Source: Gammaproteobacteria bacterium (GTDB lineage: Bacteria > Pseudomonadota > Gammaproteobacteria > CBDBNL01 > JAAOII01). Taken from it: 64,000 nt of DNA. This document shows, piece after piece, positions 10,772 through 21,018 of this stretch. How positions within the stretch are numbered: the first letter of the stretch is position 1; each line of letters starts with the position of its first letter. The translations under genes were made by a program, and so were the position numbers. Location of the stretch: contig OZ242372.1 in assembly GCA_965209035.1 (NCBI GenBank), forward strand, positions 992,001-1,056,000, given 5' to 3'. The notes under the pieces were generated by a model. The model saw only the letters and a list, made by a program, of their open reading frames with translations, did no database searches and was not told the DNA's origin.

Positions 10772-12109
10772 ATGAATAAACAGACTATTACTCGTCCAAC
10801 CGCAACAACCGCGAAGGCGGCGGCAAACAATTCGCGGTGGCAAACGCACTTTCGGTTCGGCGGCCGTTCCATGCAAACCCTGACCCTGTTCTTGGTTTTA
10901 AGTTTCTTCGTGCTGCTGCCTTCGCATGCCGCTCGCGACCAAATACCGGTCAAGGAGATTCACGAGTTTGCCAAGATTTTGGAAGTCATTCGGGCAAACT
11001 ATGTGGATGAAACGGACGACAAAGAATTAATGAAGCAGGCTATTCGCGGGATGCTGCGGGACCTGGACCCTTACTCGGTCTACCTGGACAAACGCCAGAA
11101 AAAAGAACTGTCCATCAAGACTCAAGGAAAATTTGGCGGGCTTGGCATCCAAGTCACCTATGAAGAGAAAGCCGGCGCGATCAAAGTCATCTCCCCCATA
11201 GACGATACTCCCGCCCAAAGGGCCGGCATCCAGCCGTTGGATTTAATCATCGCCATTGACGGCAAAAGCACCGCGGATATGGATCTCGAGCAAGCGGTCA
11301 ATACCATGCGCGGCAAGCCCGGTACAAAAATCAACATCCGTGTCCGCCGGCCCGGCCAAAAAGAACTGATTGATTTCACTCTGGTGCGCGAGGTGATTAA
11401 AATTAAAAGCGTCGCCGTGACACCCCTGTCCGACGGCTACATTTACGCCCGTCTCAGTGCTTTTCAATCCAACACCGCCTCGGACCTGTCCCGGCTGATC
11501 CGAGGCGCAAAGAAAGAAAACAAAAAACTTAACGGCATGATTCTGGACCTGCGGAACAACCCCGGTGGGCTGCTCAGTTCGGCTATCGGCGTATCCGACA
11601 TCTTTATTGAAGACGGTGTCATCGTCTCCACCGCAGGCAGGTCCAGAAACTCGCAATCTTCCAGCAAAGCGAACGGTTACGACCTGACCGATGGGCTGCC
11701 GGTGCTTGTGCTGATCAACGGCGGTTCGGCATCCGCCTCGGAAATTGTTGCCGGCGCGTTACAGGATCATCATCGCGCGTTGATTGCCGGCACCAAGAGT
11801 TTCGGCAAAGGAACAGTGCAAAGCATCATTGATATTAGCGACGACGCAGCCGTGAAAATCACAACCGCCAAGTACGCCACGCCGAGCGGGAAATTCATTC
11901 ATAAAATCGGGATTGAACCGGATATCAAAATTGAGATTCCAAGAAACCGCAACGCAACGATTGAAACGGAAGCGGCAAACTTGCCTGAGGATATCAGCAA
12001 GGGTGCAAAAGCCCTGTTTGAAAGGGATCGGCAGTTGCATCAGGCTTATAATCTGCTGCTGGATCTGGTTGTTGCCGGCGGTAATGTGTTGGAAATGAAA
12101 GGGACCTAA
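10772..12109 (+). CDS. ctpA: S41 carboxy-terminal processing protease (start possibly 10871)
   Basis: LDPYS, PDZ 'GGLGI', DLRNNPGG, SASASEIVAGALQD, SFGKG. Confidence 0.95.
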   Translation: MNKQTITRPTATTAKAAANNSRWQTHFRFGGRSMQTLTLFLVLSFFVLLPSHAARDQIPVKEIHEFAKILEVIRANYVDETDDKELMKQAIRGMLRDLDPYSVYLDKRQKKELSIKTQGKFGGLGIQVTYEEKAGAIKVISPIDDTPAQRAGIQPLDLIIAIDGKSTADMDLEQAVNTMRGKPGTKINIRVRRPGQKELIDFTLVREVIKIKSVAVTPLSDGYIYARLSAFQSNTASDLSRLIRGAKKENKKLNGMILDLRNNPGGLLSSAIGVSDIFIEDGVIVSTAGRSRNSQSSSKANGYDLTDGLPVLVLINGGSASASEIVAGALQDHHRALIAGTKSFGKGTVQSIIDISDDAAVKITTAKYATPSGKFIHKIGIEPDIKIEIPRNRNATIETEAANLPEDISKGAKALFERDRQLHQAYNLLLDLVVAGGNVLEMKGT

Positions 12110-12124
12110 AAATAAATAAAACAA

Positions 12125-12212
12125 ACGAACAACCCACACCCGCCCGAACAACCCACACCCGCCCGAACAACCCACAACCACCCGAACAACCAACACCCGC
12201 CCGGCACCCCGC
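12125..12212. repeat. C/A-rich degenerate ~19-bp tandem repeat (GAACAACCCACACCCGCCC)
   Basis: About four imperfect units after the ctpA stop. Confidence 0.8.
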
Positions 12213-12359
12213 CACACATTCGCATACTCCCCGCAACATATTCACCTACTTCTCGCCTCAAGAAAGCGCAAGGTTATTTTCATCCTATTTGAAACTTAAT
12301 CATTCGTTTTCACCAAAGTTTGTAATCTCTTTAAGCCGAACACAGCGAAGCCGCGCCAA

Positions 12360-14963
12360 ATGTCACAAGAGAACAGGCCGCAACAGTATGACCCGCATGC
12401 CATAGAATCCCGCGTGCAAGAGTTCTGGGAAAAGCAGGATCTTTTTCGCGTCTCGGAGGACCCAAACAAAGAGAAGTTTTACTGTCTGGCAATGCTTCCT
12501 TACCCGAGCGGACGGCTACATATGGGACATGTGCGTAACTACTCAATTGTGGATACGCTTGCGCGCTTTCACCGAATGGACGGCAAAAATGTCTTGCAAC
12601 CCATCGGCTGGGACGCCTTCGGTTTGCCGGCCGAAAATGCCGCCATCAAAAACAAAACATCCCCCGCCAAGTGGACCTATGCCAACATCAATTACATGCG
12701 CACTCAGTTCAAGAGGCTCGGCTATGCGTATGACTGGTCGCGCGAATTCGCCACCTGCGACCCCGACTACTACCGCTGGGAGCAATGGTTTTTTCTGAGA
12801 ATGCGCGAGCGAGGACTCGTCTATCGCAAGAACGCGATGGTTAACTGGGACCCCGCGGATAATACGGTGCTCGCAAACGAGCAGGTGATAGACGGCAAAG
12901 GCTGGCGTTCGGGCGCGACCGTGGAGCGGCGCGAACTCCCCCACTGGTTTATGAAGATCACCGCATACGCCGAGGAACTGCTCGCCGACCTGGACAAGTT
13001 AACAGACTGGCCCGAGCAGGTACGGGTGATGCAACGCAATTGGATCGGCAAATCGCGCGGGCTGACCATTGACTTTAAACTTGACAAGACCCGCGATGCC
13101 CGCGAGCAAGAATTGGAAACCGTCTCCGTGTTCACCACCAGACCGGACACCTTGCTCGGTGTCACCTTTCTCAGTTTATCCGCGGACCACCCTCTGTCCG
13201 GCCACTGGGCACGGCAAGACAAAAAAATTGACGCGTTCATTGAGAAGATACGCACCGCCCAAAAAGACCCCGCCAATACGGAAAAAAACGGACTGGATAC
13301 CGGCCGCCGGGCGCTACATCCCCTGACCGGCGAACCGGTGCCGCTCTGGATAGCCGATTATGTCCTGACCGAATACGGCAGCGGCGCGGTGATGGGCGTG
13401 CCGGCACATGATCAAAGAGACTTGGAATTCGCCGGCAAATACGGACTGCCCGTTCGCCGGGTGATCGCGCCGACTACACCCGGCAGTGCGCCGGGCAGTG
13501 CGCCCGGCAAGGCACCGCACCGGGACGAACAACCGGGCGAAAAAGCATCGCATACGCAAGCATCCGCAAGCTCGCAAGACGCCTACACCGAACGCGGCCT
13601 GACCGTCAACTGCGGCGAATACGACAATCTAAACTTTGACGAGATGTTCGCCGCAATGAAAGATGCCCTTGGCAAAAAACAGGCCGGGCGGGAAGAAGTG
13701 CAATACCGATTACGCGACTGGGGGATTTCGCGCCAACGATTCTGGGGTTGCCCTGTCCCGATCATTCATTGTCCGCAGTGCGGCGAACAGCCGGTGCCGG
13801 ACGCGGATCTGCCGGTTAGGCTGCCGGAAAATATTTCGCTGATGGGCGGCAACTCACCGCTGCGCCGGGTCAAAGAATTCTACGAGTGCCAATGCCCCAA
13901 ATGCGGCGGCGCAGCCCATCGGGATACGGACACTTTTGATACCTTTATTGATTCTTCGTGGTATTATGCCAGATACTGCTGTGCCGATTGTGATACCGGG
14001 ATGATGGATGAACGAGGTGCCTACTGGTTGCCGGTGGATCAGTATGTCGGCGGCGTGGAACACGCTATCTTGCACCTTCTGTATGCGCGCTTCTTTTACA
14101 AATGCATGGACGATATGCTCAATACCGGCAAAAAAGTGGTCACCCGGGCGCGCGAACCGTTCACTCGGCTTCTTGCCCAGGGCATGGTCCTAAAAGACGG
14201 CACCGCCATGTCCAAATCCAAAGGCAACATTGTCGATCCGCAAGCATTAATAGACCAACAGGGCGCGGACACTATCCGCTTATATATGTTGTTTGCGGCA
14301 CCGCCCGTGCAGGCATTTGAATGGACCGACGGGGCGGTCAACGGTTCTCGCCGTTTTCTCAACCGGTTTTGGCGGCTGGCGTTGCGTTATGCGGACGCCG
14401 ACAGATGCCCCGATCACTACAACAAAGAAAACCTCGGCAAAACGCAGCGCACTCTTTACGCCAAACTGCATCAAACGATTGACAAGGTCAAAAAAGATAT
14501 TGCCGTGCGCCACAGTTTCAATACCGCCATCGCCGCCATGATGGAACTCACCAACGAGATTACGAGTGTCCTTGGCGATTCCGACCTGCCCGCCGACAGG
14601 GCTCTCGGCCGCGAGTGCATGCACAGTTTAATATTACTCCTGGCGCCTTTCGCGCCGCACATCTGTCAGGAATTGTGGAATATGTACACCGCGAACGCAA
14701 CAGACGAAGAGAGAATTCTAATGAATCATCCGCTGCCACAAACAGACCCGAAAGCCATGGAGGACAAACAACGGACGATCGTCATCCAGGTGAACGGGCG
14801 GCTGCGCGCCCGCATGGAAGTTGAGGACATTAAGGACATTGACGACGCAGCGAAAAAAGAAGTCTCCCGCCGCGCGTTGGACCTGGTAAAAAAATGGACC
14901 GACGGCAAGATGCCGCACAAAACTATCTTTGTGCCGGGGCGGCTCATTAATTTCGTTATTTAA
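12360..14963 (+). CDS. leuS: Leucine--tRNA ligase
   Basis: HMGH (HIGH) and AMSKSKGN (KMSKS) motifs, FTTRPDT editing domain. Confidence 0.99.
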   Translation: MSQENRPQQYDPHAIESRVQEFWEKQDLFRVSEDPNKEKFYCLAMLPYPSGRLHMGHVRNYSIVDTLARFHRMDGKNVLQPIGWDAFGLPAENAAIKNKTSPAKWTYANINYMRTQFKRLGYAYDWSREFATCDPDYYRWEQWFFLRMRERGLVYRKNAMVNWDPADNTVLANEQVIDGKGWRSGATVERRELPHWFMKITAYAEELLADLDKLTDWPEQVRVMQRNWIGKSRGLTIDFKLDKTRDAREQELETVSVFTTRPDTLLGVTFLSLSADHPLSGHWARQDKKIDAFIEKIRTAQKDPANTEKNGLDTGRRALHPLTGEPVPLWIADYVLTEYGSGAVMGVPAHDQRDLEFAGKYGLPVRRVIAPTTPGSAPGSAPGKAPHRDEQPGEKASHTQASASSQDAYTERGLTVNCGEYDNLNFDEMFAAMKDALGKKQAGREEVQYRLRDWGISRQRFWGCPVPIIHCPQCGEQPVPDADLPVRLPENISLMGGNSPLRRVKEFYECQCPKCGGAAHRDTDTFDTFIDSSWYYARYCCADCDTGMMDERGAYWLPVDQYVGGVEHAILHLLYARFFYKCMDDMLNTGKKVVTRAREPFTRLLAQGMVLKDGTAMSKSKGNIVDPQALIDQQGADTIRLYMLFAAPPVQAFEWTDGAVNGSRRFLNRFWRLALRYADADRCPDHYNKENLGKTQRTLYAKLHQTIDKVKKDIAVRHSFNTAIAAMMELTNEITSVLGDSDLPADRALGRECMHSLILLLAPFAPHICQELWNMYTANATDEERILMNHPLPQTDPKAMEDKQRTIVIQVNGRLRARMEVEDIKDIDDAAKKEVSRRALDLVKKWTDGKMPHKTIFVPGRLINFVI

Positions 14964-14991
14964 TTTTGTTATTTAATTTTCTTATCCAATT

Positions 14992-15495
14992 TTGTTTTCC
15001 CGGAATAGGCGTGCCGCCACATTAACATTATTATTATTAATGCCTGTTTTGTCCTTGCCCTCATGCGCGCTGAGTTTGCAACGCGGCGCGGAGGCAGCGG
15101 AAAAAAGTCCGTTGCACATAAACGGCAAAGGCAAAGAAGGTTACTTTTTTTCTCTGCGGGTTGCCCGTGCCTGGGAAGAGCATAACGGCAAGGTCACCCC
15201 GGATCCCGCCACGGCGACAACACAACTGAGATTTACCGGGCCGACTTGCAATAAACACACTCTGTTGATCGACAGCCGCGGCGACAAAACGGATTTCCTT
15301 GTCATCTGCCGTCTGGAATACACGGTGCAACCCGCCGAAGAGGATAAGAAACGCGACGGCATGCTGAGCGAGCGGTTTATCCTGGCATCGGATAATAACC
15401 TGAACGCCTACTACCGCAAAGAAGACACCCTGCGTTCCCAAACCCTGGACAGACTGGCACAGAAACTGGTCCTTACGGTTAAAACAGTGCGTTGA
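14992..15495 (+). CDS. lptE: Probable LPS-assembly lipoprotein LptE (divergent)
   Basis: Signal peptide ending in Cys, 167 aa, conserved leuS-lptE-holA position; sequence similarity itself is weak. Confidence 0.65.
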   Translation: MFSRNRRAATLTLLLLMPVLSLPSCALSLQRGAEAAEKSPLHINGKGKEGYFFSLRVARAWEEHNGKVTPDPATATTQLRFTGPTCNKHTLLIDSRGDKTDFLVICRLEYTVQPAEEDKKRDGMLSERFILASDNNLNAYYRKEDTLRSQTLDRLAQKLVLTVKTVR

Positions 15496-15564
15496 AGCCG
15501 TCGCAAACAGCCGCCGAAGAACTCTTATTTAAATACCCAAATACCCGAATACCCAAATGTCCAA

Positions 15565-16596
15565 ATGCCACCGCCGGCCGCGCTAAAAAAAGTTTACCTT
15601 ACCTCTTCGCAGGATCTTCTTCTGTGCGATGAGGCCATGGAAAAGATTCGCCAACTCGCCCGCAAACACGGATATGACGAGTTGCGCCGGTTTATTCTGA
15701 ACGAAGAGACACCGAAAGAGGTGATCTTAAATGCGCTCGGCGGGGCATCTTTGTTTGCCGCCAAAACCCTCGCGGAAGTCAGGATTTATACGGACGAACT
15801 CAAGGCCGACCAAGAAAAAACACTGGCGGAATTGGTCAATGCCGTCGGGGAAGACACAATGCTATCGGTTGGTCTGCCGCGTCTTTCCGCCGCCGCCCGC
15901 AAAAAAAAGTGGCTCACGGAATTACAACGCAAGGACGGCAATTTGCAGATTCTTTATCCGCCGCAGGAGCAAAACTATTTGAATTGGTTGCAAGAACGTG
16001 CCGCCAAGGTCGGGTTGCAATTGGAAGGAGAAGCCTTGCGTTTCTTGGCGGTCAGTTGCGAAGGCGATTTGAGCACGGCGGCCGGCGAATTGGAAAAATT
16101 GGTGCTCGGCTTCTCCCAACAAGAAGGCACTCGCCGACTAACATACGACGATGTCCATCAGTTTGTCAGCGACCACTCGGAATACGCCGTCTTTGCCCTC
16201 AGCGACAGTGCCTTGGCGGGCAAACCCGCTCGCTGTCGGCGCATTCTGCGGCGACTCAGAGCAGAAAATATCCACCCCACTCAGATCAATTGGATACTCG
16301 CCCGCGACCTGCGCATGCTGATACGACTCGGCAATAAGAGTTCCGGTTCTATCACACCGGGCGAATGGGCGGCACACGGAATTTTCGGTCCCGGTAAAAG
16401 CTGCGCCCGGGACGCGTTGCGCCGGTTTGCGGGCAAGTCCGCCCTACTCGGCACATTGGTCAGGCTCTCTGCCATGGCGGACAGATCCGCCAAAGGCGGC
16501 GGCTCGGAACATATTTGGCCGATTTTGGAAGCAATCGCCCTGCAGATCGCCGGGTCCAAGACCCCCGGCAGACTGCCGATTACCCTGCGCGAGTAG
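15565..16596 (+). CDS. holA: DNA polymerase III delta subunit
   Basis: 'SLFAAK', 'EGDL..A.GELEKL', 'VFALSDSALAG'; position after leuS-lptE. Confidence 0.9.
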   Translation: MPPPAALKKVYLTSSQDLLLCDEAMEKIRQLARKHGYDELRRFILNEETPKEVILNALGGASLFAAKTLAEVRIYTDELKADQEKTLAELVNAVGEDTMLSVGLPRLSAAARKKKWLTELQRKDGNLQILYPPQEQNYLNWLQERAAKVGLQLEGEALRFLAVSCEGDLSTAAGELEKLVLGFSQQEGTRRLTYDDVHQFVSDHSEYAVFALSDSALAGKPARCRRILRRLRAENIHPTQINWILARDLRMLIRLGNKSSGSITPGEWAAHGIFGPGKSCARDALRRFAGKSALLGTLVRLSAMADRSAKGGGSEHIWPILEAIALQIAGSKTPGRLPITLRE

Positions 16597-16641
16597 CCCG
16601 CCCCTCTTTACCGGGGTTTTGGCCGGGGTTAAAGCGAATTC

Positions 16642-17244
16642 TCAATAAAAGTGAATGCCCAGGACACTGCGGAAACTCTTGCGTTTGTTGATACGTTCTA
16701 CCCAATTACGCAAGTTTGGCAGGTCGCTGATCCAAATATCATATTGTTCCGGGCGACGAATTAAAAAGAACAACGCCATGTCCGCAATAGAAAATTCTTC
16801 GGCAAGGTATCGCTTGTTCTTAAGCAGCGTATCCAAACGCTTCAAGTATCTCTTGATTTGAGCACGGCACTCGGCCCGGACGGCGACTTCTTTCGTATTT
16901 TCGTAAATGATGATGTTGCCATGAATCGCCCTCTCTTGCCAAAAAAACCAACGCATCGTTTCGGTATACAACTTTGGGACAGCGGGCAGAAACTTCCGCG
17001 TATCAAGTGCCAGATAAAAGAGAATGGCTCCCGTCCCAAACAGAGACGCCTTCTTTTTTTCCGCCCGCTGATCGATGAGAACCGGGATTTCTCCCAGCGG
17101 ACTCACTTTCTTGATCTCTTTTTTGAGTATTTTGGAAGTCGGGTTGGTCGGAATCAAATGATAAGACGCCTTAATCTCCTCAAAAAAAACAAGCGGAGCC
17201 AACGCATTATGCCGGTCCCAAGTATAAAGGTCAAAATCTGTCAT
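16642..17244 (-). CDS. Glutathione S-transferase family protein
   Basis: 'SPLGEIPVLID', 'GAILFYLA', 'YLAEEFSIADMA', 'PNLRNWVERI..R'. Confidence 0.88.
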   Translation of the reverse strand: MTDFDLYTWDRHNALAPLVFFEEIKASYHLIPTNPTSKILKKEIKKVSPLGEIPVLIDQRAEKKKASLFGTGAILFYLALDTRKFLPAVPKLYTETMRWFFWQERAIHGNIIIYENTKEVAVRAECRAQIKRYLKRLDTLLKNKRYLAEEFSIADMALFFLIRRPEQYDIWISDLPNLRNWVERINKRKSFRSVLGIHFY

Positions 17245-17246
17245 TT

Positions 17247-17714
17247 CTAAGTCGCCGCAGCATGCGTAAGGCTCGCCAGCACTTCGGCCGCATGTCCCGG
17301 CACCTTGACCTTACGCCATTCTTTGGTTAAAATTCCGCCGGCTGCCAGCAAAAAAGTGCTTCTTTCTATGCCACGCACCTTCTTTCCGTACATATTCTTA
17401 TCCCGCATCACATCAAACAATCCGCACAGTTCTTCCTTCGGGTCGGCGATCAACGGGAACGGCAATTCCAACTTTTTGGCAAACTTATGGTGTGATGCCA
17501 ATGTGTCGCGCGAGATGCCGAACACACGCACTCCTTTGTCAAGAAACTCCCCGTGAAGATCGCGAAAATCCTCGTTCTCGCGGGTGCAACCGGAAGTATT
17601 GTCACGCGGATAAAAAAAGAGTACCAAAACCCTGTCCGTATTCTCCGCCAAAGAAAAGACCCCTGCGGTAGATTCGGCGGAAAATTGCGGAACAGCGGAA
17701 CCCATCTTAACCAT
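17247..17714 (-). CDS. bcp: Peroxiredoxin Bcp
   Basis: FYPRDNTSGCTRE, GISRD, ERSTFL, KVKVPGHA. Confidence 0.93.
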   Translation of the reverse strand: MVKMGSAVPQFSAESTAGVFSLAENTDRVLVLFFYPRDNTSGCTRENEDFRDLHGEFLDKGVRVFGISRDTLASHHKFAKKLELPFPLIADPKEELCGLFDVMRDKNMYGKKVRGIERSTFLLAAGGILTKEWRKVKVPGHAAEVLASLTHAAAT

Positions 17715-18200
17715 TACGATTAAAGCGTTGCAACCGCCGGCAATTCCCGCATAACCCGGCAGGCACCAAAAGCAGTTTGTTATACATATGTTTTATTGAT
17801 CATTCATCTTTCATTATTAAAAAAAATTAAAAAAGCGGGGATATATTAACGCATCCGGTATGCCCAAATATATAAAATCCTATTCAAAGAAAAAACGACC
17901 ACCGGCAAGTAACCACCTCTTTTATTTTACCGATTATTATACACAAACGCATTTTATGTGAATGTGAATGTGAATTGGTCCGCCCACCCCGTCCTGCGCC
18001 CGGGCCCGGGAACTCCATAAAAGGAGGCGAATCTGACAGGAATCCAAGCGGCGATTGGGGTAATTGGGTTTAGGTAGTTAGGTAGTTTAGGCGGTTTAGA
18101 GTGAGTGGGCAGGCAGTCGCTTGGCTTCCCGCCTCCGCAAAAAACCTCCCTGTTTTTTTCCAAACAGAAAAGGGCTGTCTTACTGTTCCCTCTTCCCGGC

Positions 18201-18469
18201 CTACCTGCCTTGGGCTGTGAGTCCGCCCGGCATCAAGCTGACCGCTTCATCCGCAGGCCGGCATTAACAAAGACTGCAGTGAGCGGCGATACAATCCGCT
18301 CGGCAACCGCCCGCCAAATAACATTCACATTATTAACATTAAAGGAAGGGTTGATAGAAAGATAAAAATTTGGAATATCATTACGAACGCCCTGTGCCGA
18401 TGCCGGGCGGGGCAGTCGGCCGCGTGTTCCTCTCGCCGACCGAACCGATAAAAAGTGTAGTTGATTCAT
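18201..18469 (-). pseudogene. Internally deleted remnant of a GLUG-lipoprotein family gene (leader joined to the last 10 codons)
   Basis: The 5' part matches the leader of 28639..30897 (TTTTTAtCGGTTCGGtCGGCGAGAGGAACAcGCgGCCGaCTG). 18233-18201 reads MPGGLTAQGR*, matching the family C-terminus MPGGLSAQGR*. Confidence 0.85.
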
Positions 18470-18526
18470 CTCTTGTTTTATTTAATTGTAGTTATGTATT
18501 TTTATAAAAGAATTTCGTATCCTTTA

Positions 18527-18548
18527 ATTATAAACCTATTTCCAAAGC
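18527..18548 (-). promoter_or_regulatory. Family promoter motif (YTTTGKAAAT-N6-TATAAT) of the remnant locus
   Basis: CTTTGGAAAT-AGGTTT-TATAAT ~58 bp before the ATG at 18469; same spacing as at 24772 and 35052. Confidence 0.65.
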
Positions 18549-18677
18549 CTTTCTGAAATTATGCAAAATGCGCATTTGCGTCAAACCCCAAATAATCATT
18601 TTAAAGTTGCCTGTTCTTGCCGCAAATTTTTGGAATATTCCATTGTGTTGATGCAAAACCGTAAAAACGGATAGCCC

Positions 18678-19265
18678 TCACAAAAACAGCAACCCAATGG
18701 ACAGAACCAACAAGGATGCCATCGCCCAATTAAACACAGCCAGCGCGCGCGGTGATTGAAGATAACGCCGCAGAAAAAACCCGAGAGATGTCCAAAAGAA
18801 CAATCCGGGAATAATGACAACAACAAAGACCGCGGCAATAGACAAGGCATTCCACAAGTAAAACCAACCGGGATTACCAAACCAGGCGAAGACCGATATA
18901 CTCATCGCCCAGGCCTTAACATTCAAATATTGGAACAAGAATGCTTCGTAGAATCGCAAGGGTTGCTTCATTTTGTCCTCGGTGGCAACTCGACCCGCCC
19001 GAACGATTCTGTATGCGATGAACAAAATATAAAAAGCGCCACACCACCGCAACAAAGGAAAAAGAGCGGGATGATTTTGAAAAATGGAACCCAGGCCGCT
19101 ACCCACAAGAATGAGTATGGAAAAAACACCTGACAGAATGCCGGCGATATGTGGCAGTGTTCGCCGTAAGCCAAAATTGGTGCCGGATGCCATCAACATA
19201 ATGTTATTTGGCCCCGGCGTGCCGCCGGCAACAAAGGCGAACAGGGCAAGAGCAAGGAAGTTCAT
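18678..19265 (-). CDS. LysE family translocator
   Basis: TPGPNNIMLMASG.NFG.RRTLPH, FQYLNVKAW. Confidence 0.92.
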   Translation of the reverse strand: MNFLALALFAFVAGGTPGPNNIMLMASGTNFGLRRTLPHIAGILSGVFSILILVGSGLGSIFQNHPALFPLLRWCGAFYILFIAYRIVRAGRVATEDKMKQPLRFYEAFLFQYLNVKAWAMSISVFAWFGNPGWFYLWNALSIAAVFVVVIIPGLFFWTSLGFFLRRYLQSPRALAVFNWAMASLLVLSIGLLFL

Positions 19266-19833
19266 TCCAACTATTTTAGACCATTTAACGGGTCTGTTCT
19301 ATCCCCGGATAATCCTTGTATAATCTCCGCCCCGTCCGCCGGAACCGCTGGCTCTTTGATCTGAGAACGCACAATGAATGCACAATGAATGCCAAACTCA
19401 GCGTCCAAAACCTTGCCGAGATCATGCATGCACCTGTCCAAGATTTTCGCCCCCAAAGATCCGATATCCGATTGGGGATCTCTTCCAACTTTCTCATCTC
19501 TCTCATATCCCTCATATCCCCCTTATATAAGTATCTTATATAGAGACCACAGACACCTTGGCGAACATCCGAACATCCGGCAAGGCAAATATTGCCAACG
19601 AACTTATAAGCGACAAGTTAATCGGTAACTTAAACGGCAATTTAAGCGACCGGGTGATTAAGAACATCGGAAAAATAGGATACAAACGCGGCGACTTGAT
19701 ATAAAATACTTTCAATACAAATTGAAAATAGTCCTCCATATGAAACCTTTTATTGTAATTTTTTTGCAAACCTTTAATAAAAAAACATCGCCACCGGGTA
19801 TGTCTCTTCTCCAAATCACCCGGGGCAATTTGT

Positions 19834-19932
19834 GCAAACCCTTCTCCAAAATAAAGAACAGGTATCTTACCGGCAATCAAACCGGCAAGATGTTTTCAAA
19901 ATACAAGAGTTACAGATTAATTGTTTTGGAAC
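19834..19932 (+). repeat. Diverged upstream copy of the 3' end of the adjacent SAM-methyltransferase gene
   Basis: Translates KPFSKIKNRYLTGNQTGKMFSKYKSYRLIVLE versus KPFFKIKEKYLAGHRTGKVFAKFKSYRLIVLE at 20698-20793. Confidence 0.85.
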
Positions 19933-19947
19933 AGGACCCAAACCGGC

Positions 19948-20814
19948 ATGGATAGCAAAGAATTCGGCTTGGTGTTCGCTCAAAAACTGACCGGCATTGA
20001 ACATCTTCATTTCGGCTTCTGGGAAAAAGGAGAAGCCCCGAAAATCTCCGCCCTGTTTAAAGCACAGGAAAAGTATGCCCGGATGCTTGCGGACATCATC
20101 AAAAAGCATACTCGCGGAAAAACAGCACCGCGTCTGTTGGATGTCGGACCCGGCAGCGGAACAATGATCCGCCGACTGACCGAAGCCGGCTATGTCGTTG
20201 ACGGTGTGACACCCTCAAAATATCTTTACGAAGAAATGAAGGAACGGTTGAAAACTCTGAAAAAGTCACCGTCCAAAAGGCGGGACTTTTTGTGCCGCTT
20301 TGAAGAATTACCGCAACACAACCCCCGGCACAAGTATGACCTGGTTTACTGCAGCGAAAGTTTTCAATACTTAAAATTGCAAGAAGCATTACCCGTCTTA
20401 CGGCAAATCCTCGTGCCGGGCGGAAAAGTCGTCATCTGTGATTTTTTTAAACGCAATAACAAGCCGGTTCCCGGACAAATGGGCGGCGGTCATCTGTTGG
20501 CGAGTTTTTACACAAAAGTTTCCGCGGCCGGCTTCCGGCTCGTTTCCGACCGCGACATCACCGAAAACACAAGTCCGACCATTGATATGCTGGATCATCT
20601 CGTCCGCCAAAGGCTGCTGCCATCCCTGGAAATCACCGACCTGTTTCTGAAAGCACGACACAAGATCCTCTATTCTTGCTTGCGGTTTCTCTTCCGCAAG
20701 CCCTTCTTCAAAATTAAAGAAAAATATCTTGCCGGACATCGCACCGGCAAGGTGTTTGCAAAATTTAAGAGTTACAGATTAATCGTTTTGGAGCGCGGTC
20801 CGGCGGCGCATTAA
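19948..20814 (+). CDS. Class I SAM-dependent methyltransferase (small-molecule type)
   Basis: HLHFGFW, LLDVGPGSG, 'YDLVYCSESFQY', 'LVPGGKVVICDFF'. I prefer ATG 19948 over TTG 19921. Confidence 0.85.
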   Translation: MDSKEFGLVFAQKLTGIEHLHFGFWEKGEAPKISALFKAQEKYARMLADIIKKHTRGKTAPRLLDVGPGSGTMIRRLTEAGYVVDGVTPSKYLYEEMKERLKTLKKSPSKRRDFLCRFEELPQHNPRHKYDLVYCSESFQYLKLQEALPVLRQILVPGGKVVICDFFKRNNKPVPGQMGGGHLLASFYTKVSAAGFRLVSDRDITENTSPTIDMLDHLVRQRLLPSLEITDLFLKARHKILYSCLRFLFRKPFFKIKEKYLAGHRTGKVFAKFKSYRLIVLERGPAAH

Positions 20815-20852
20815 TTAAAAGAAAAAAGAAAAAGACGGCCGGGCACCGACCG

Positions 20853-20939
20853 GGTGTTTGCAAAATTTAAGAGTTACAGATTAATCGTCTTGGAGCGCGG
20901 TCCGGCAGCGCATTAAAAGAAGCAAGAAAAGAAAAAGAC
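20853..20939 (+). repeat. Near-identical downstream copy of the methyltransferase 3' end and trailer
   Basis: GGTGTTTGCAAAATTTAAGAGTTACAGATTAATCGT.TTGGAGCGCGGTCCGGC.GCGCATTAA repeats 20751-20814. Confidence 0.92.
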
Positions 20940-21018
20940 TACCGTACCAAGTCGCCGGCACAGACAATCAACGACTTATCCGCTTGCCACTTGCCCGCCG
21001 GCACAAACCGGCGAGATA

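Noticed and set aside
19270-19830. Several 60-114-aa ORFs between the LysE gene and the SAM methyltransferase
   Set aside because: Low-complexity, stutter-derived sequence with no recognisable protein motif.
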